From: a virus
Taxonomy: Duplodnaviria; Caudoviricetes
Reading direction: 5' to 3' (one strand)
Virus record (IMG/VR): IMGVR_UViG_3300033463_000013
Coordinates: 96,001 to 160,000 of that record
Length of the DNA: 64,000 nt
The first letter of the stretch is position 1, and every line of letters starts with the position of its first letter. Both the position numbers and the translations under genes were made by a program. Below the pieces are notes generated by a model. That model did no database searches and had not been told where the DNA came from. It saw only the letters and a program-made list of their open reading frames with translations. Below are positions 14,801 to 24,143 of this stretch, in pieces.

Positions 14801-17057
14801 TTATGCTACTAAATTTGAAGATTTATTCTCTACCATTGTCGCATAGACAGAAGCTATGAAGAAAAATGCTAATATTTTAAATTTAGCTTCATCAGTGATA
14901 GGCTCTAATGGATTATTATCAGCTTCTGTATTACAAGATAGTATGTTAAAAGTAGATCTAAATTATGCGTTTAATAATGGTAAACTTACTATTGACGAAA
15001 AGAATGGCATTTGGGGCGTTAGCGATGCTGGCGTTGTTGCGTTCCGCGGCGGCGGAATTTTTACGGCTACAGAATAGGATGAAAATGGATAGTGGAAATG
15101 GAATACTGGTATTTTACCTTCTGGCATTAATGCTGATTTAATTACTAGTGGTCAATTAGATACTAATAAAATAAAGATTTATGCAGGAGATAAAGTTAAA
15201 TTTCAACTTAATGGAGATGGATTATTTGCTTATAAATCTTTATTTTCAGATGGCGTTATTGACACATCTACTGTAGGAGGCCAAACATATCTTAGTACTA
15301 AAATCGGCTCTTCTGATTTACATACGGCTAATATTGATATGGATGCTAGCCAATTTGTTACTTTTAATGAAGAGGGTTTATTCTTAGTTGCAAAAAAGGG
15401 AGCATTAGTATTAAATGAAGATAAAAATGGTTATATTACGGTCGCTGAAAATTTAACATCGATTACTGAAGTTAAACGTGTTGAAATTAGTTGGGATGGA
15501 TTAAAATTACGTAATTGGGATAATAAAGAAGTATTTTATGCTGATCCAAATAGTGGAGATTTAACGCTAGAAGGCTCCGTTATTGCTGATTCTGGACGTA
15601 TTGGTGGTTGGGATTTAAGTGACAAAGCATTAACTGGTCAATTTATGCAGTTAGTTAATGATAAAACAAATATTAATGCTAGTGGTATCTTTTTGACTGA
15701 TACTAGTATTACTAGTAATGAAACAATTCAATATAATAATACAACATTATATGCATATACACTTAGTACACGTCCAGGAGAAGCATTTTATTGTGCTGAG
15801 CGTTAGAGTAGTATGAATGCGAATGGAAAAACTATTTATGGCTATGGAACTCGTATTTAGTCAGTGGTTCCTAAATATACTGCTAAACGTGAATTTAGTT
15901 AGACTAGTACAACCGGTAGTTCGGTCTCTGCGGGAGACCCAGGCGAAGAAGATATGGGTCAATATGGAAGTACTACTTATACTTCTGGTACTGTTTATAA
16001 ATATTAGATAACATATGTATCAACGCAAAATAATAATGTTAATGCAATTGTTTAGTATAAAGGTAAAGATATTGAATATGATGGGAATACCTCTCCTAAT
16101 GCTTCATGGTATTCTTAGTTATAGGCGGCTTTACCAAATACATACTTAAATTATGTAACAATTACTAGAGTTTCAACTTCTAATTTAGTTCAAATAACTG
16201 GGTTAACTGGAACATTAACGTTAGCTACCTATACTCCACATTTTAGTGTATATGCCAATGGTACTGTTATTATAGAAAAAGGTACTTTAGGCGGTTTTAC
16301 ATTAACATCTACAAAATTATTGAATGGTATATTAGAAAATACAAATTTAACAGGTAGCACTATTACCAATTCGATAATTAAAGTTGGTGATACAGCATAT
16401 AATACAAATGACTATGGGCAATTATTCAAAGATTTTACGCCGAACAGTGCGACCGGATAGTTTGTATTGACAAGAAATAATGGGAATACCGTAACTTTTA
16501 ATATAGCCGATACAGCATATTTCAGATCAGCGGTATCGGCAGCACGCGTAATAACGCTTGATCTGAGGTTTGTGAATAATGCATATAATTCTAAAGCTAC
16601 AGCTACAGCAACTACGCCGGGTTTCGGTGCAATTAGTGGATATACTGCTACAGCAGAAGCGTCTTTAGCACCAATTTACAGAAGCGGTTATAATGCCGGT
16701 AAAACGAAAGGTGCAAATGATGTATATATAAAAATTATATAGTGGAATGCGTGGACAAAGACTAGTGCCACAGTCTATTCACAACAGGTAGATTTAACTT
16801 TAAGTAATGGTAATAAGTATACTAGATCTACAGTTATTGATATAGAATCTGATTTAAATGCCTCGTATAAAGACGGATGGAATGATTGTAGAGATGCGAT
16901 GGGTTCGGGAGTACAATGTTTAACTGGCTGGACTGATTATAATAATGGTCGGGCGACAACATTATATAAAAAATCTGGTGATTCTGCTGGCCTTCATGCC
17001 TGGCGTTATGGTGGAACAGTTTCTACTAAATATTCTAAGCCCCCCGCGAAAACATAA
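11823..17057 (+). CDS. Tail tip / baseplate hub (Tal-like, host-specificity) protein, 1744 aa with TAG=Gln
   Basis: AGGAGG RBS; fragments 11991, 13188, 13518, 14364, 14856, 15339 and 16467 are in one frame joined across TAGs; ends TAA 17055-17057. Tail-type motifs LVTKLFV, GINADLITSGQL, GRIGGW; TMP-Dit-Tal gene order. Confidence 0.75.
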
Positions 17058-17096
17058 AAAAAATAAGCCCTCTCTTTCGAGAGGGCTTTATTTTTA
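17056..17096. terminator. Bidirectional intrinsic terminator between the convergent arms
   Basis: Stem AAGCCCTCTC (17065-17074), loop TTTC, GAGAGGGCTT (17079-17088), with an A-tract on the left and a T-tract on the right. Confidence 0.9.
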
Positions 17097-17474
17097 TTCT
17101 TGTATAAAATCTTCAATTAGTATTATTTTTGATGGCGCGATTTCAATATTTTCTAAATCTTCTAATGGAATCGGCTCGGCATCAATACTAACTACAGTAT
17201 TTAATAATGAAGCAATTTCTTCATTAAATTCATTTACTTTTGTAGGTAGGATTTTATAACTATTATTTTCTATTATTGGATTATCATTTTCATCTTTTTC
17301 AGAATAAGTATTAATTAATTTTGTACGTCCTTCATTAAATAATGACAGCTCTTCTTCAACTTTTTTTAATAGTTTAGCTACATGATAAGCCGTTCTACCT
17401 TTAATGGGACTATCTGATAATTCTTTTAACACATCTATACTATTGATAATGGTTAATAATTTAACTTCAATCAT
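17094..17474 (-). CDS. Hypothetical phage protein, 126 aa
   Basis: Clean ORF, TAA stop; its start overlaps the stop of the upstream resolvase. Confidence 0.75.
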   Translation of the reverse strand: MIEVKLLTIINSIDVLKELSDSPIKGRTAYHVAKLLKKVEEELSLFNEGRTKLINTYSEKDENDNPIIENNSYKILPTKVNEFNEEIASLLNTVVSIDAEPIPLEDLENIEIAPSKIILIEDFIQE

Positions 17475-18226
17475 TATATATCTTCACCCCATGTGGCTTT
17501 ATTTGCTTTAATTTTGCCGCAAAAATATTTTCCAATACAAATTGCATCTGACTCATCTTCAGTGCAATCCATATCATACCAAACTTTTACTTTAGCTTGC
17601 GCCTATTTTTTTTGAGCATCGCGGTGCTAATCTCCACCTGCAATACCACAATATGCTCTCCATTCTTTTGAATACACTAATTCGTGTTCTATACCAGCTT
17701 CATATACTACATCTAGTATCACTCCCTATAAATTTGCGAGTGTCTAAAATGTTTTAACCTAAACATCTGTAGCTTTCTCGCCGTATTTCTATAATTGAAT
17801 ATTCTCAATTCCAACGAAGTCTGGTTCCCATTCTTTTAATGCAGCTTTAAGCCAATTTTTTACTTGATTAATACGATCGGTCGCTGGTAAGGAGGAATTT
17901 GTTTTAAAAATTCCATATCCGACCAGTACTTTATTATCATATATTGCATAGCCTGTGATGCCTGTTGCGGCATCTAAGGCTAGAATACGCTATGTATCTG
18001 TACCCTTTTTGGGTACTTTATTTTTTTTGACTTTATATGGATCTCCGGCCATACAAATATCACAAATTTTATGTTTACGCCACTAATCGAATGTCTATTC
18101 CTATTTATGCCCCGCTGGACAAATTATTTCAATCGGAGTTTTAAGATTCTTATAAACTTCGCTTACTAATTTCCATCCTTCCGCTTCCAAGGCATTTTTT
18201 ACAACATAAACATTAATTGTACTCAT
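17474..18226 (-). CDS. RuvC-like Holliday junction resolvase with N-terminal Zn-finger, 250 aa (10 in-frame TAG)
   Basis: Missing from the ORF track. With TAG=Gln it reads MSTINVY...ICPAGHK...CDIC...RILALDAATGITGYAI...FVGIENIQLQ...EDESDAICIG, matching RuvC catalytic D, E and D-x-x-D motifs; both ends overlap neighbours. Confidence 0.85.
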
Positions 18227-19023
18227 TATTTATCAGTACTTCCGAAACCGCCTTCACCGCGATCGGAGTCAACTAAAATATCAACTACTTTAGCTTGGAA
18301 GCGATAGCTTGGCATTACTAGTAGTTGTGCAATACGATCACCGGCATGAATTTGATAATCTTCATCAGAAGTATTATCATAAATAACTCCTAATTCACCA
18401 CGATAACCGCTGTCAATAAGTCCAACACTATTGCTTAAACGTAATGGAGTTTTTAGTCCAATACTAGAACGAGGAAGAATAAAAGCTAGCCATCCTTCCG
18501 GCAATTGAATTTTAACTCCAGTTTTTATCATATTGCTATAAGAATGTGCTGGAATAGTTTGATCTTCTTTTGCGTATATATCCGCCGCAGCGTCCGTCTC
18601 ATGCGCATATGATGGGACTTGTGCGCCAATATTAAGTGTTAGCGGTAAAACAATATTATAACTATGATATTTTTCTACCGCGGTGTCAATAACTTTTAAC
18701 ATTGAATCCATAATACCGTCAATTAGAATCTTCTTATTACCTGTATATGGTTCATCAGTATAAATAGATTCATTTAAAACATTTTTTAATGTATTTGCTG
18801 AATTAATAACTTCTTGCTTAGTTAATCCTTGCTGTTCAAAGCCATTAATTAATTGTGTTACAGATTGATTAATCATTGCTGGAGAAAAACTTTGCTTAAA
18901 CTGTGCTTGTACTAATGTCATTACATCATCAGTTAAAGTATCTTCATCTAATTCTGCCATTTCTTTAATCGCATCTATAATACTACCCAATTCAGTTCCT
19001 TCAAATTCATTCATTTTATTCAC
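18226..19023 (-). CDS. dut: dUTPase (trimeric type) with N-terminal helical extension
   Basis: Motifs AAADIYA, PRSSIG, GLIDSGYRGEL, GDRIAQL, RGEGGFGST. Confidence 0.93.
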   Translation of the reverse strand: MNKMNEFEGTELGSIIDAIKEMAELDEDTLTDDVMTLVQAQFKQSFSPAMINQSVTQLINGFEQQGLTKQEVINSANTLKNVLNESIYTDEPYTGNKKILIDGIMDSMLKVIDTAVEKYHSYNIVLPLTLNIGAQVPSYAHETDAAADIYAKEDQTIPAHSYSNMIKTGVKIQLPEGWLAFILPRSSIGLKTPLRLSNSVGLIDSGYRGELGVIYDNTSDEDYQIHAGDRIAQLLVMPSYRFQAKVVDILVDSDRGEGGFGSTDK

Positions 19024-19026
19024 CTC

Positions 19027-19233
19027 TTACTCAAAAGTCTTTTCAATGGTAACCTTATATTCAATATATAAGATTTCACCTTTTGACTTCTTTGGTTTAG
19101 CAGTATAACCAGATTTAGTTACTGTATAGCCTTCTGATACTGCTTTTTCCTTTGCTTCTTCAATCATATCCATGGCTTCTTCTTCACTATCAGTTAGCCA
19201 TACATCAGTTTTCTTCAGTAGTTGTCTCGGCAT
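19027..19233 (-). CDS. Hypothetical protein, 68 aa
   Basis: ORF in operon context, TAA stop. Confidence 0.65.
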   Translation of the reverse strand: MPRQLLKKTDVWLTDSEEEAMDMIEEAKEKAVSEGYTVTKSGYTAKPKKSKGEILYIEYKVTIEKTFE

Positions 19234-19627
19234 TTTCTTCTTTCTCCTTATTTAATTTTCTTAATTTTTGAATTAAATCTATATAATTAAGTTTTTTTGC
19301 TGTTTCACTCACTGCGCCAATTACATCTCCGCTATCGGCTACCATTTCAGCATACTTCTTCGCGCCAACTTTCTTTTTAAGTGCGCGCCTTTGCGCTCGA
19401 TTCATTGGCACTCGAGTACTATTGATTTTCTCAATAGTTTTGTCTTGAATCTTTTTAAGAACTTCCTCAGGAGTATTCGCACCAATCTGCTCACGCGCTT
19501 CTTCTGTAGTAATATTCTGAATTTGAGCAAATCGCTCAATAAGTTCATCTACTGTTAAGTCTGCTTTTTCCTCTTCGGGAAAAGCATCATCAATTGGGTC
19601 CATCTTTGCTCTTAAACCTCTTTCCAT
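19205..19627 (-). CDS. Hypothetical protein, about 140 aa
   Basis: Start moved to the ATG at 19627 behind a GGAGGA RBS; contains an MNRAQRR motif seen in phage proteins. Confidence 0.7.
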   Translation of the reverse strand: MERGLRAKMDPIDDAFPEEEKADLTVDELIERFAQIQNITTEEAREQIGANTPEEVLKKIQDKTIEKINSTRVPMNRAQRRALKKKVGAKKYAEMVADSGDVIGAVSETAKKLNYIDLIQKLRKLNKEKEENAETTTEEN

Positions 19628-19628
19628 A

Positions 19629-20573
19629 TTATCCTCCACCACCAGAATTCTTATTATAGCCAAATTCCTATGTCTTAAAGAACTCTATGTAGTATTTTTC
19701 AAGTTCATTTAATTTATCTTTATCAGCATAGGTGATAACTTCAATCGTCCAATTCCAAAATCCTTCTTTTAGTATTGCATGATGTACAGCTTGATCTGCA
19801 ATTGACTTTATTCCAATTGCGCTTTTAAAGTGGTCTGCTATACGCTTCTTAACATCTGTACTTTTCCCAATATAAGCCATTCCATTTTCTAGACTTGTAA
19901 GTTTATATATTCCTGGCTCAGTTTTAATTTCAATCCGCTTGAAGGTATCCTCTATATTGGGTTTAACATATTCTGACCAAACTAATTTACTTATTATATC
20001 TGGATGTTGTACTTTCGCCGCGACAGTAGTAAGTAAGAACTCAATATCATCTTGATATTCTTCAGGTAACTAAATAGTATAGAATAAACGTTCTTGCTTT
20101 TCTTTTTCATACTGTTTAATTGGTTCAAGTAAACTTTCATACTTCTATTTTTCTTGATTTACTTTATTCCAATATTGAGCCGCTTCATATTCTGTTTCTG
20201 CTTTAGTATTTTTTAATATCTCATCTAAACGTGAAATTTCATTATCAACGTCTTTCTATTTAGATTCAATTATTCTATTTAGATCTTCTTGACGATTTTT
20301 CCGCTATCTTTCCATGGAAGCGTCTATTTCTTTAAGTCTATTATCGGTTATATCTTGATATACATCTAATGCTGCTTGTAAGTCCTTACGACATTCTTCA
20401 AGCTTATATTTTTCGTAATCAATCTATTCATCTAATACTTGTTTTTCTGCTTTGGTATCAATTAATTGATTACGATATTTATCAAGTTCAGTTCTATCAA
20501 TTTTCTATTTTTGATAAAGTTTATATCCTAAAAATATTATTATAATAAGGCATCCGATTATAGCATATATCAT
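19629..20573 (-). CDS. Membrane-anchored coiled-coil GIY-YIG nuclease, 314 aa (7 in-frame TAG)
   Basis: With TAG=Gln: N-terminal hydrophobic helix MIYAIIGCLIIIFLGYKLY, long coiled coil, then GIYKLTSLENGMAYIGKSTDVKKRIADH...ELEKYYI...QEFGYN; TAA at 19629. Confidence 0.8.
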
Positions 20574-20603
20574 CAAATTCACCACTATTTTCTTTGATAC
20601 CTT

Positions 20604-20632
20604 ATTATAACAAAATTTTTTTAAATTGTCAA
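20604..20632 (-). promoter_or_regulatory. sigmaA/sigma70-type promoter
   Basis: TTGACA-17 bp-TATAAT on the minus strand with an extended -10 TG. Confidence 0.8.
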
Positions 20633-21192
20633 GTGTTGGATTTTAATCCTTGGGCACTGAAAAATATTCCACCAATAATATTTCCTGTGATTGTTAAAAG
20701 TAAGTTCCAACTAAAAATTCCGCCCGTTAACATATAATAGAAATCAGCAATACAGTGATTAAATCCTGCTAGAATAAAAGTAGCAACTGCTAATACTGTG
20801 ACCCATAAAGGAGTTTCTTTATAAGTTGCCAATGACATTAACATTCCGCAACCTATTCCTTTTAAAAGAGCGTCAGTCCAAAGTTGACTTTGTTTGGCTA
20901 ATGCAATTGACTGTGCAGCTTCATGTATAAGTGGAATAGACCAACAGGCTATAATTGCTACTCCAAAAAAATTACACAGTAATATTAATGGATAATAGTA
21001 CCAAGTATTTTCCTTTGTTATCATATATTGAACTTTTCCTGTGAACAGGTGTAATCCATATAGACGCACAGTTAATAATCCACAGGCAAAAAGCACTGCT
21101 CCAATAATGTGGTTGGGCGCGGAAAGATACGCCCAACCTCCTAATGCTATGGCCATTCCTGCGAATACCGCTCTTGATAATTTATTTGCCAT
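20629..21192 (-). CDS. Formate/nitrite transporter (FNT, FocA-like) family protein, 187 aa
   Basis: About six hydrophobic helices; FNT-like motifs AGMAIALG, GLHLFTGK, KGIGCGMLM, GFNHCIAD, GNIIGG. Confidence 0.8.
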   Translation of the reverse strand: MANKLSRAVFAGMAIALGGWAYLSAPNHIIGAVLFACGLLTVRLYGLHLFTGKVQYMITKENTWYYYPLILLCNFFGVAIIACWSIPLIHEAAQSIALAKQSQLWTDALLKGIGCGMLMSLATYKETPLWVTVLAVATFILAGFNHCIADFYYMLTGGIFSWNLLLTITGNIIGGIFFSAQGLKSNT

Positions 21193-21676
21193 TTAAATAA
21201 TCCTCCATATAAATAATTCGTTGATTTGAAGATCCTCTTAATGGAAGAGTGGTATCGCGCTTATCTTGTTCATATCGTCCTTCAATTAAGCAGGTAATGT
21301 TTCGTAATACCGCACGAACATCATCGTCATCGCGCGCTTCAAGTTCTTCTATGGTATATCCAGTCCATACATATATTTTTAAATCTGGATAATCAAGTTT
21401 ACACCAACCTATAAGATTTAGGACATCGCCAATATTCTCATTATTTAATGGTTCGCCACCGAGAATACTTAATGTACGCATTACTCCATTTTTCTTTAGT
21501 TTTTCCATTATTTCTTGGCGCACATCTAAATCATATTCGCGTCCATAATTAAAATCTTGTGCTTCTGGGTTGTGACAACCGGGGCAATGGAAGTGACAGC
21601 CTGAGAAGTAAACCGAGAGGGAGATACCGGGCGCGGCTGCGGTATCATCCCAGTAAATTCCAGCTATTTTACTCAT
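21182..21676 (-). CDS. nrdG: Anaerobic ribonucleotide reductase activase (radical SAM)
   Basis: SGCHFHCPGCHN (CxxxCxxC), LGGEP, WTGY, RGSSNQR; adjacent to nrdD. Confidence 0.95.
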   Translation of the reverse strand: MSKIAGIYWDDTAAAPGISLSVYFSGCHFHCPGCHNPEAQDFNYGREYDLDVRQEIMEKLKKNGVMRTLSILGGEPLNNENIGDVLNLIGWCKLDYPDLKIYVWTGYTIEELEARDDDDVRAVLRNITCLIEGRYEQDKRDTTLPLRGSSNQRIIYMEDYLNGK

Positions 21677-23931
21677 TAGTGGATGTGTTTGACGCGCTCT
21701 TCAGTTTCAACCTGCTTGCCCCTATTAAAAGCAGTTTTATAATTTCCGGTTAAGTAGCCAGTTACGCGTCTAAGTCTTGATATATTAGTACTTCCACACT
21801 GCGGGCACTTCTCGCCAATTTCATCTTGATAACCGCAGTCATTACAGCTATCTAACGGCACGTTGAGCGCGAAATAAGGTATATCGTGGTCCATCGCATA
21901 GTTTACTATAACTTCAAGTGCATCTATATTATTCTTTACTCCGCTTGGAACTTCTACATATGTGATACATCCGGCGCTAGAATATCCTGTTAGTTGGCTT
22001 TCAATATCAATTTTATCAAATACTGAAATGTCGTGCCAAACTGGTACATGCATACTATTTGTGAAATATTCATGGTCAGATACATTTGGAATCTTACCAT
22101 ATTTTGCGCGGAATTTCTTCATTGCGGTATAACAAAGATTTTCTGCGGGAGTATAATATACTCCGAAGTTTAGGTGATATTCTTTCTTAAACTCGGCGCA
22201 TCTATCTTTAAATAGTTGCTCAATACGCTTTGCTAGTTCCATGCCTTTTTCGGTAGTATGGTCACAACCAATTAGAATCTGTAAAGTTTCTGCAAGACCT
22301 AATTGACCTATAACTAATGTGCCGTGCTTTAGTGCAGAGCGAATACCTTCTTCTGGATGATAACCTAGCATTGTATGATTTTCATACATAAATTTGGCAG
22401 AAGAAGCATCTTGACTACAAATCCAATTGAAACGTTCAATAAGCATATCTTTGGCTTCATGGATTTTTGTATCAAGCAAATCCATAAAACAATCAATTAG
22501 TACTTGTTGATATTGTTTATCATCTATATAAGTTTGTTGTAATTGTTTTTCTTTTGCTTCCATAGCAAGTGTAGGCATAATAATTGTTACAGGACAAATA
22601 TTGCCACGACCATCCTTCATTTGAGGATTTGTACCAGGCTCAGCATTTATATCTCCAAGGTTCGCCGTGCGGCAGCCCATTGTAGAGAAGTAAGTGCGAG
22701 GATCATTAATATCATATCCAGCTGCATTAGACCAATCTACATTTGCGTAGTTTGGATAGATACGTCTTGCAGTTGATTCAAGTGCCAGTCTATATAAATC
22801 ATAATTTGGATCCCCATGATACCTATTTACACCTTTCATACATTGGAAGATTCCGCAAGGGAAGATAGGTGTTTTATGAAATTTACCCACCCCTTTAATT
22901 GAACCATTCAAAAGTGCTTTAATTACCATACGCCCTTCGGGTAGTGTACAAGTACCATAGTTAATGCTTGTAAATGGTAACTGATTACCACTACGAGATT
23001 GAAGTGTATTAAGATTATGGTACATACCTTCAACCGCTTGTTGAAGCTCGCGTTCTGTTTGTTCTAATGCATAATAATAAATACCTAAGTCTTGTTTAAA
23101 GTAATCATCCTCAATAGATAAATCCATATCTTTTGCATAAATAATTACTTGCTCTAATTCAGCTTCTGGGAGTCCTCCAATATATTTACAACCATCAGCA
23201 TAATGTTTATAAAAACTTTTCCTTACATAAGGCACCATAGTCCAATCCAAATGAGTAGCGCTAACACCGCCAAACTGCATTAGACTTTGTAACTGGAAGA
23301 TAACTGCTACGAGTTGGAAAGCAGTATTAATTGAATTAGCAGGACGTACATCAGTCTGTCTTGTATTAAATCCATTAGCAAGTAAGTCATCAAATGGAAT
23401 ACTTAAGCAATTATGCATACCAACAGCATATGCACTTAAATCGTGAATATAAATTTCATTATTTAAATGATTGGCTTTAGCCATTGGAGATACACAATAA
23501 TCAAGTGCATACTGCTTCATCATTTCATCAGAAGCCTCACCAACACGGCCGCCGAACGAATGTTCATCAATATTAGCGTTTTGGTTTTGAACATTTGTAG
23601 CACGAAGTTTTTCACTAATAGCCCGAATAAATTCAGTGGAGTTTGCGCGCATCACGCCGTGCTTATACCTATATTTAATATATGCTTTACCTACTGCACG
23701 ATCATAATCAGTTAGATAATCTTCGACTAATTCTTGAATATCTTCAACTCCAAGGGGTTCTTCCATTTCTTTAGCAACATTTTCTACTAATTCAGCAATT
23801 TCATCACCATAATTTGCTAATGTTTCAGCATGAGGATAAACCTCTTTTTGTGCTTTAAAAATAGCACGAGAAATTTTATCTTTATTAAATGGAACTAATT
23901 CACCCGTTCTTTTTCTAATCTGTAATTCCAT
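21676..23931 (-). CDS. nrdD: Class III anaerobic ribonucleoside-triphosphate reductase with ATP-cone
   Basis: IRKRTG ATP-cone, IYIHDL, HNCL, MGCRT, TPAENLC, YFTNSMH, C-terminal CxxC...CxxC and RRVTGYL glycyl-radical motif. Confidence 0.96.
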   Translation of the reverse strand: MELQIRKRTGELVPFNKDKISRAIFKAQKEVYPHAETLANYGDEIAELVENVAKEMEEPLGVEDIQELVEDYLTDYDRAVGKAYIKYRYKHGVMRANSTEFIRAISEKLRATNVQNQNANIDEHSFGGRVGEASDEMMKQYALDYCVSPMAKANHLNNEIYIHDLSAYAVGMHNCLSIPFDDLLANGFNTRQTDVRPANSINTAFQLVAVIFQLQSLMQFGGVSATHLDWTMVPYVRKSFYKHYADGCKYIGGLPEAELEQVIIYAKDMDLSIEDDYFKQDLGIYYYALEQTERELQQAVEGMYHNLNTLQSRSGNQLPFTSINYGTCTLPEGRMVIKALLNGSIKGVGKFHKTPIFPCGIFQCMKGVNRYHGDPNYDLYRLALESTARRIYPNYANVDWSNAAGYDINDPRTYFSTMGCRTANLGDINAEPGTNPQMKDGRGNICPVTIIMPTLAMEAKEKQLQQTYIDDKQYQQVLIDCFMDLLDTKIHEAKDMLIERFNWICSQDASSAKFMYENHTMLGYHPEEGIRSALKHGTLVIGQLGLAETLQILIGCDHTTEKGMELAKRIEQLFKDRCAEFKKEYHLNFGVYYTPAENLCYTAMKKFRAKYGKIPNVSDHEYFTNSMHVPVWHDISVFDKIDIESQLTGYSSAGCITYVEVPSGVKNNIDALEVIVNYAMDHDIPYFALNVPLDSCNDCGYQDEIGEKCPQCGSTNISRLRRVTGYLTGNYKTAFNRGKQVETEERVKHIH

Positions 23932-23936
23932 ATGAA

Positions 23937-24143
23937 TCACTCCTTGAACTTCTTTCCGCAATATGGGCATGAGTCACTATCGGAAAAATCATAACTTCCG
24001 TTACTATGCGGACATAACTTTTGTAAATCTTTAATTTCATCACGAATAATAAATACTCGATCTGAACGTTCCATTGTAGTTAGCGCCTTTTTCAATTCAG
24101 TACTTAATTCCTTATATTTGTTTTTAATATTATCTGTATTCAT
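23937..24143 (-). CDS. Small Zn-ribbon protein
   Basis: CPH...CPYCG motifs; operon context. Confidence 0.65.
   Translation of the reverse strand: MNTDNIKNKYKELSTELKKALTTMERSDRVFIIRDEIKDLQKLCPHSNGSYDFSDSDSCPYCGKKFKE

Noticed and set aside
2-17057. Pseudogenised or decayed prophage tail region
   Set aside because: The interruptions are TAG only, stay in one frame per gene and show no frameshifts; decay would also produce TAA, TGA and indels.
16440-17057. Diversity-generating retroelement target
   Set aside because: No reverse transcriptase or template repeat seen in this window; cannot be excluded elsewhere in the genome.
10919-17259. Alternate-frame + strand ORFs at 10919, 12259, 15817 and 16945
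   Set aside because: They overlap the continuous recoded frame, lack an RBS, and 16945 runs through the terminator.
19629-20573. Intron-encoded or free-standing homing endonuclease
   Set aside because: The nuclease domain is C-terminal behind a TM helix and coiled coil, and no neighbouring gene is split.
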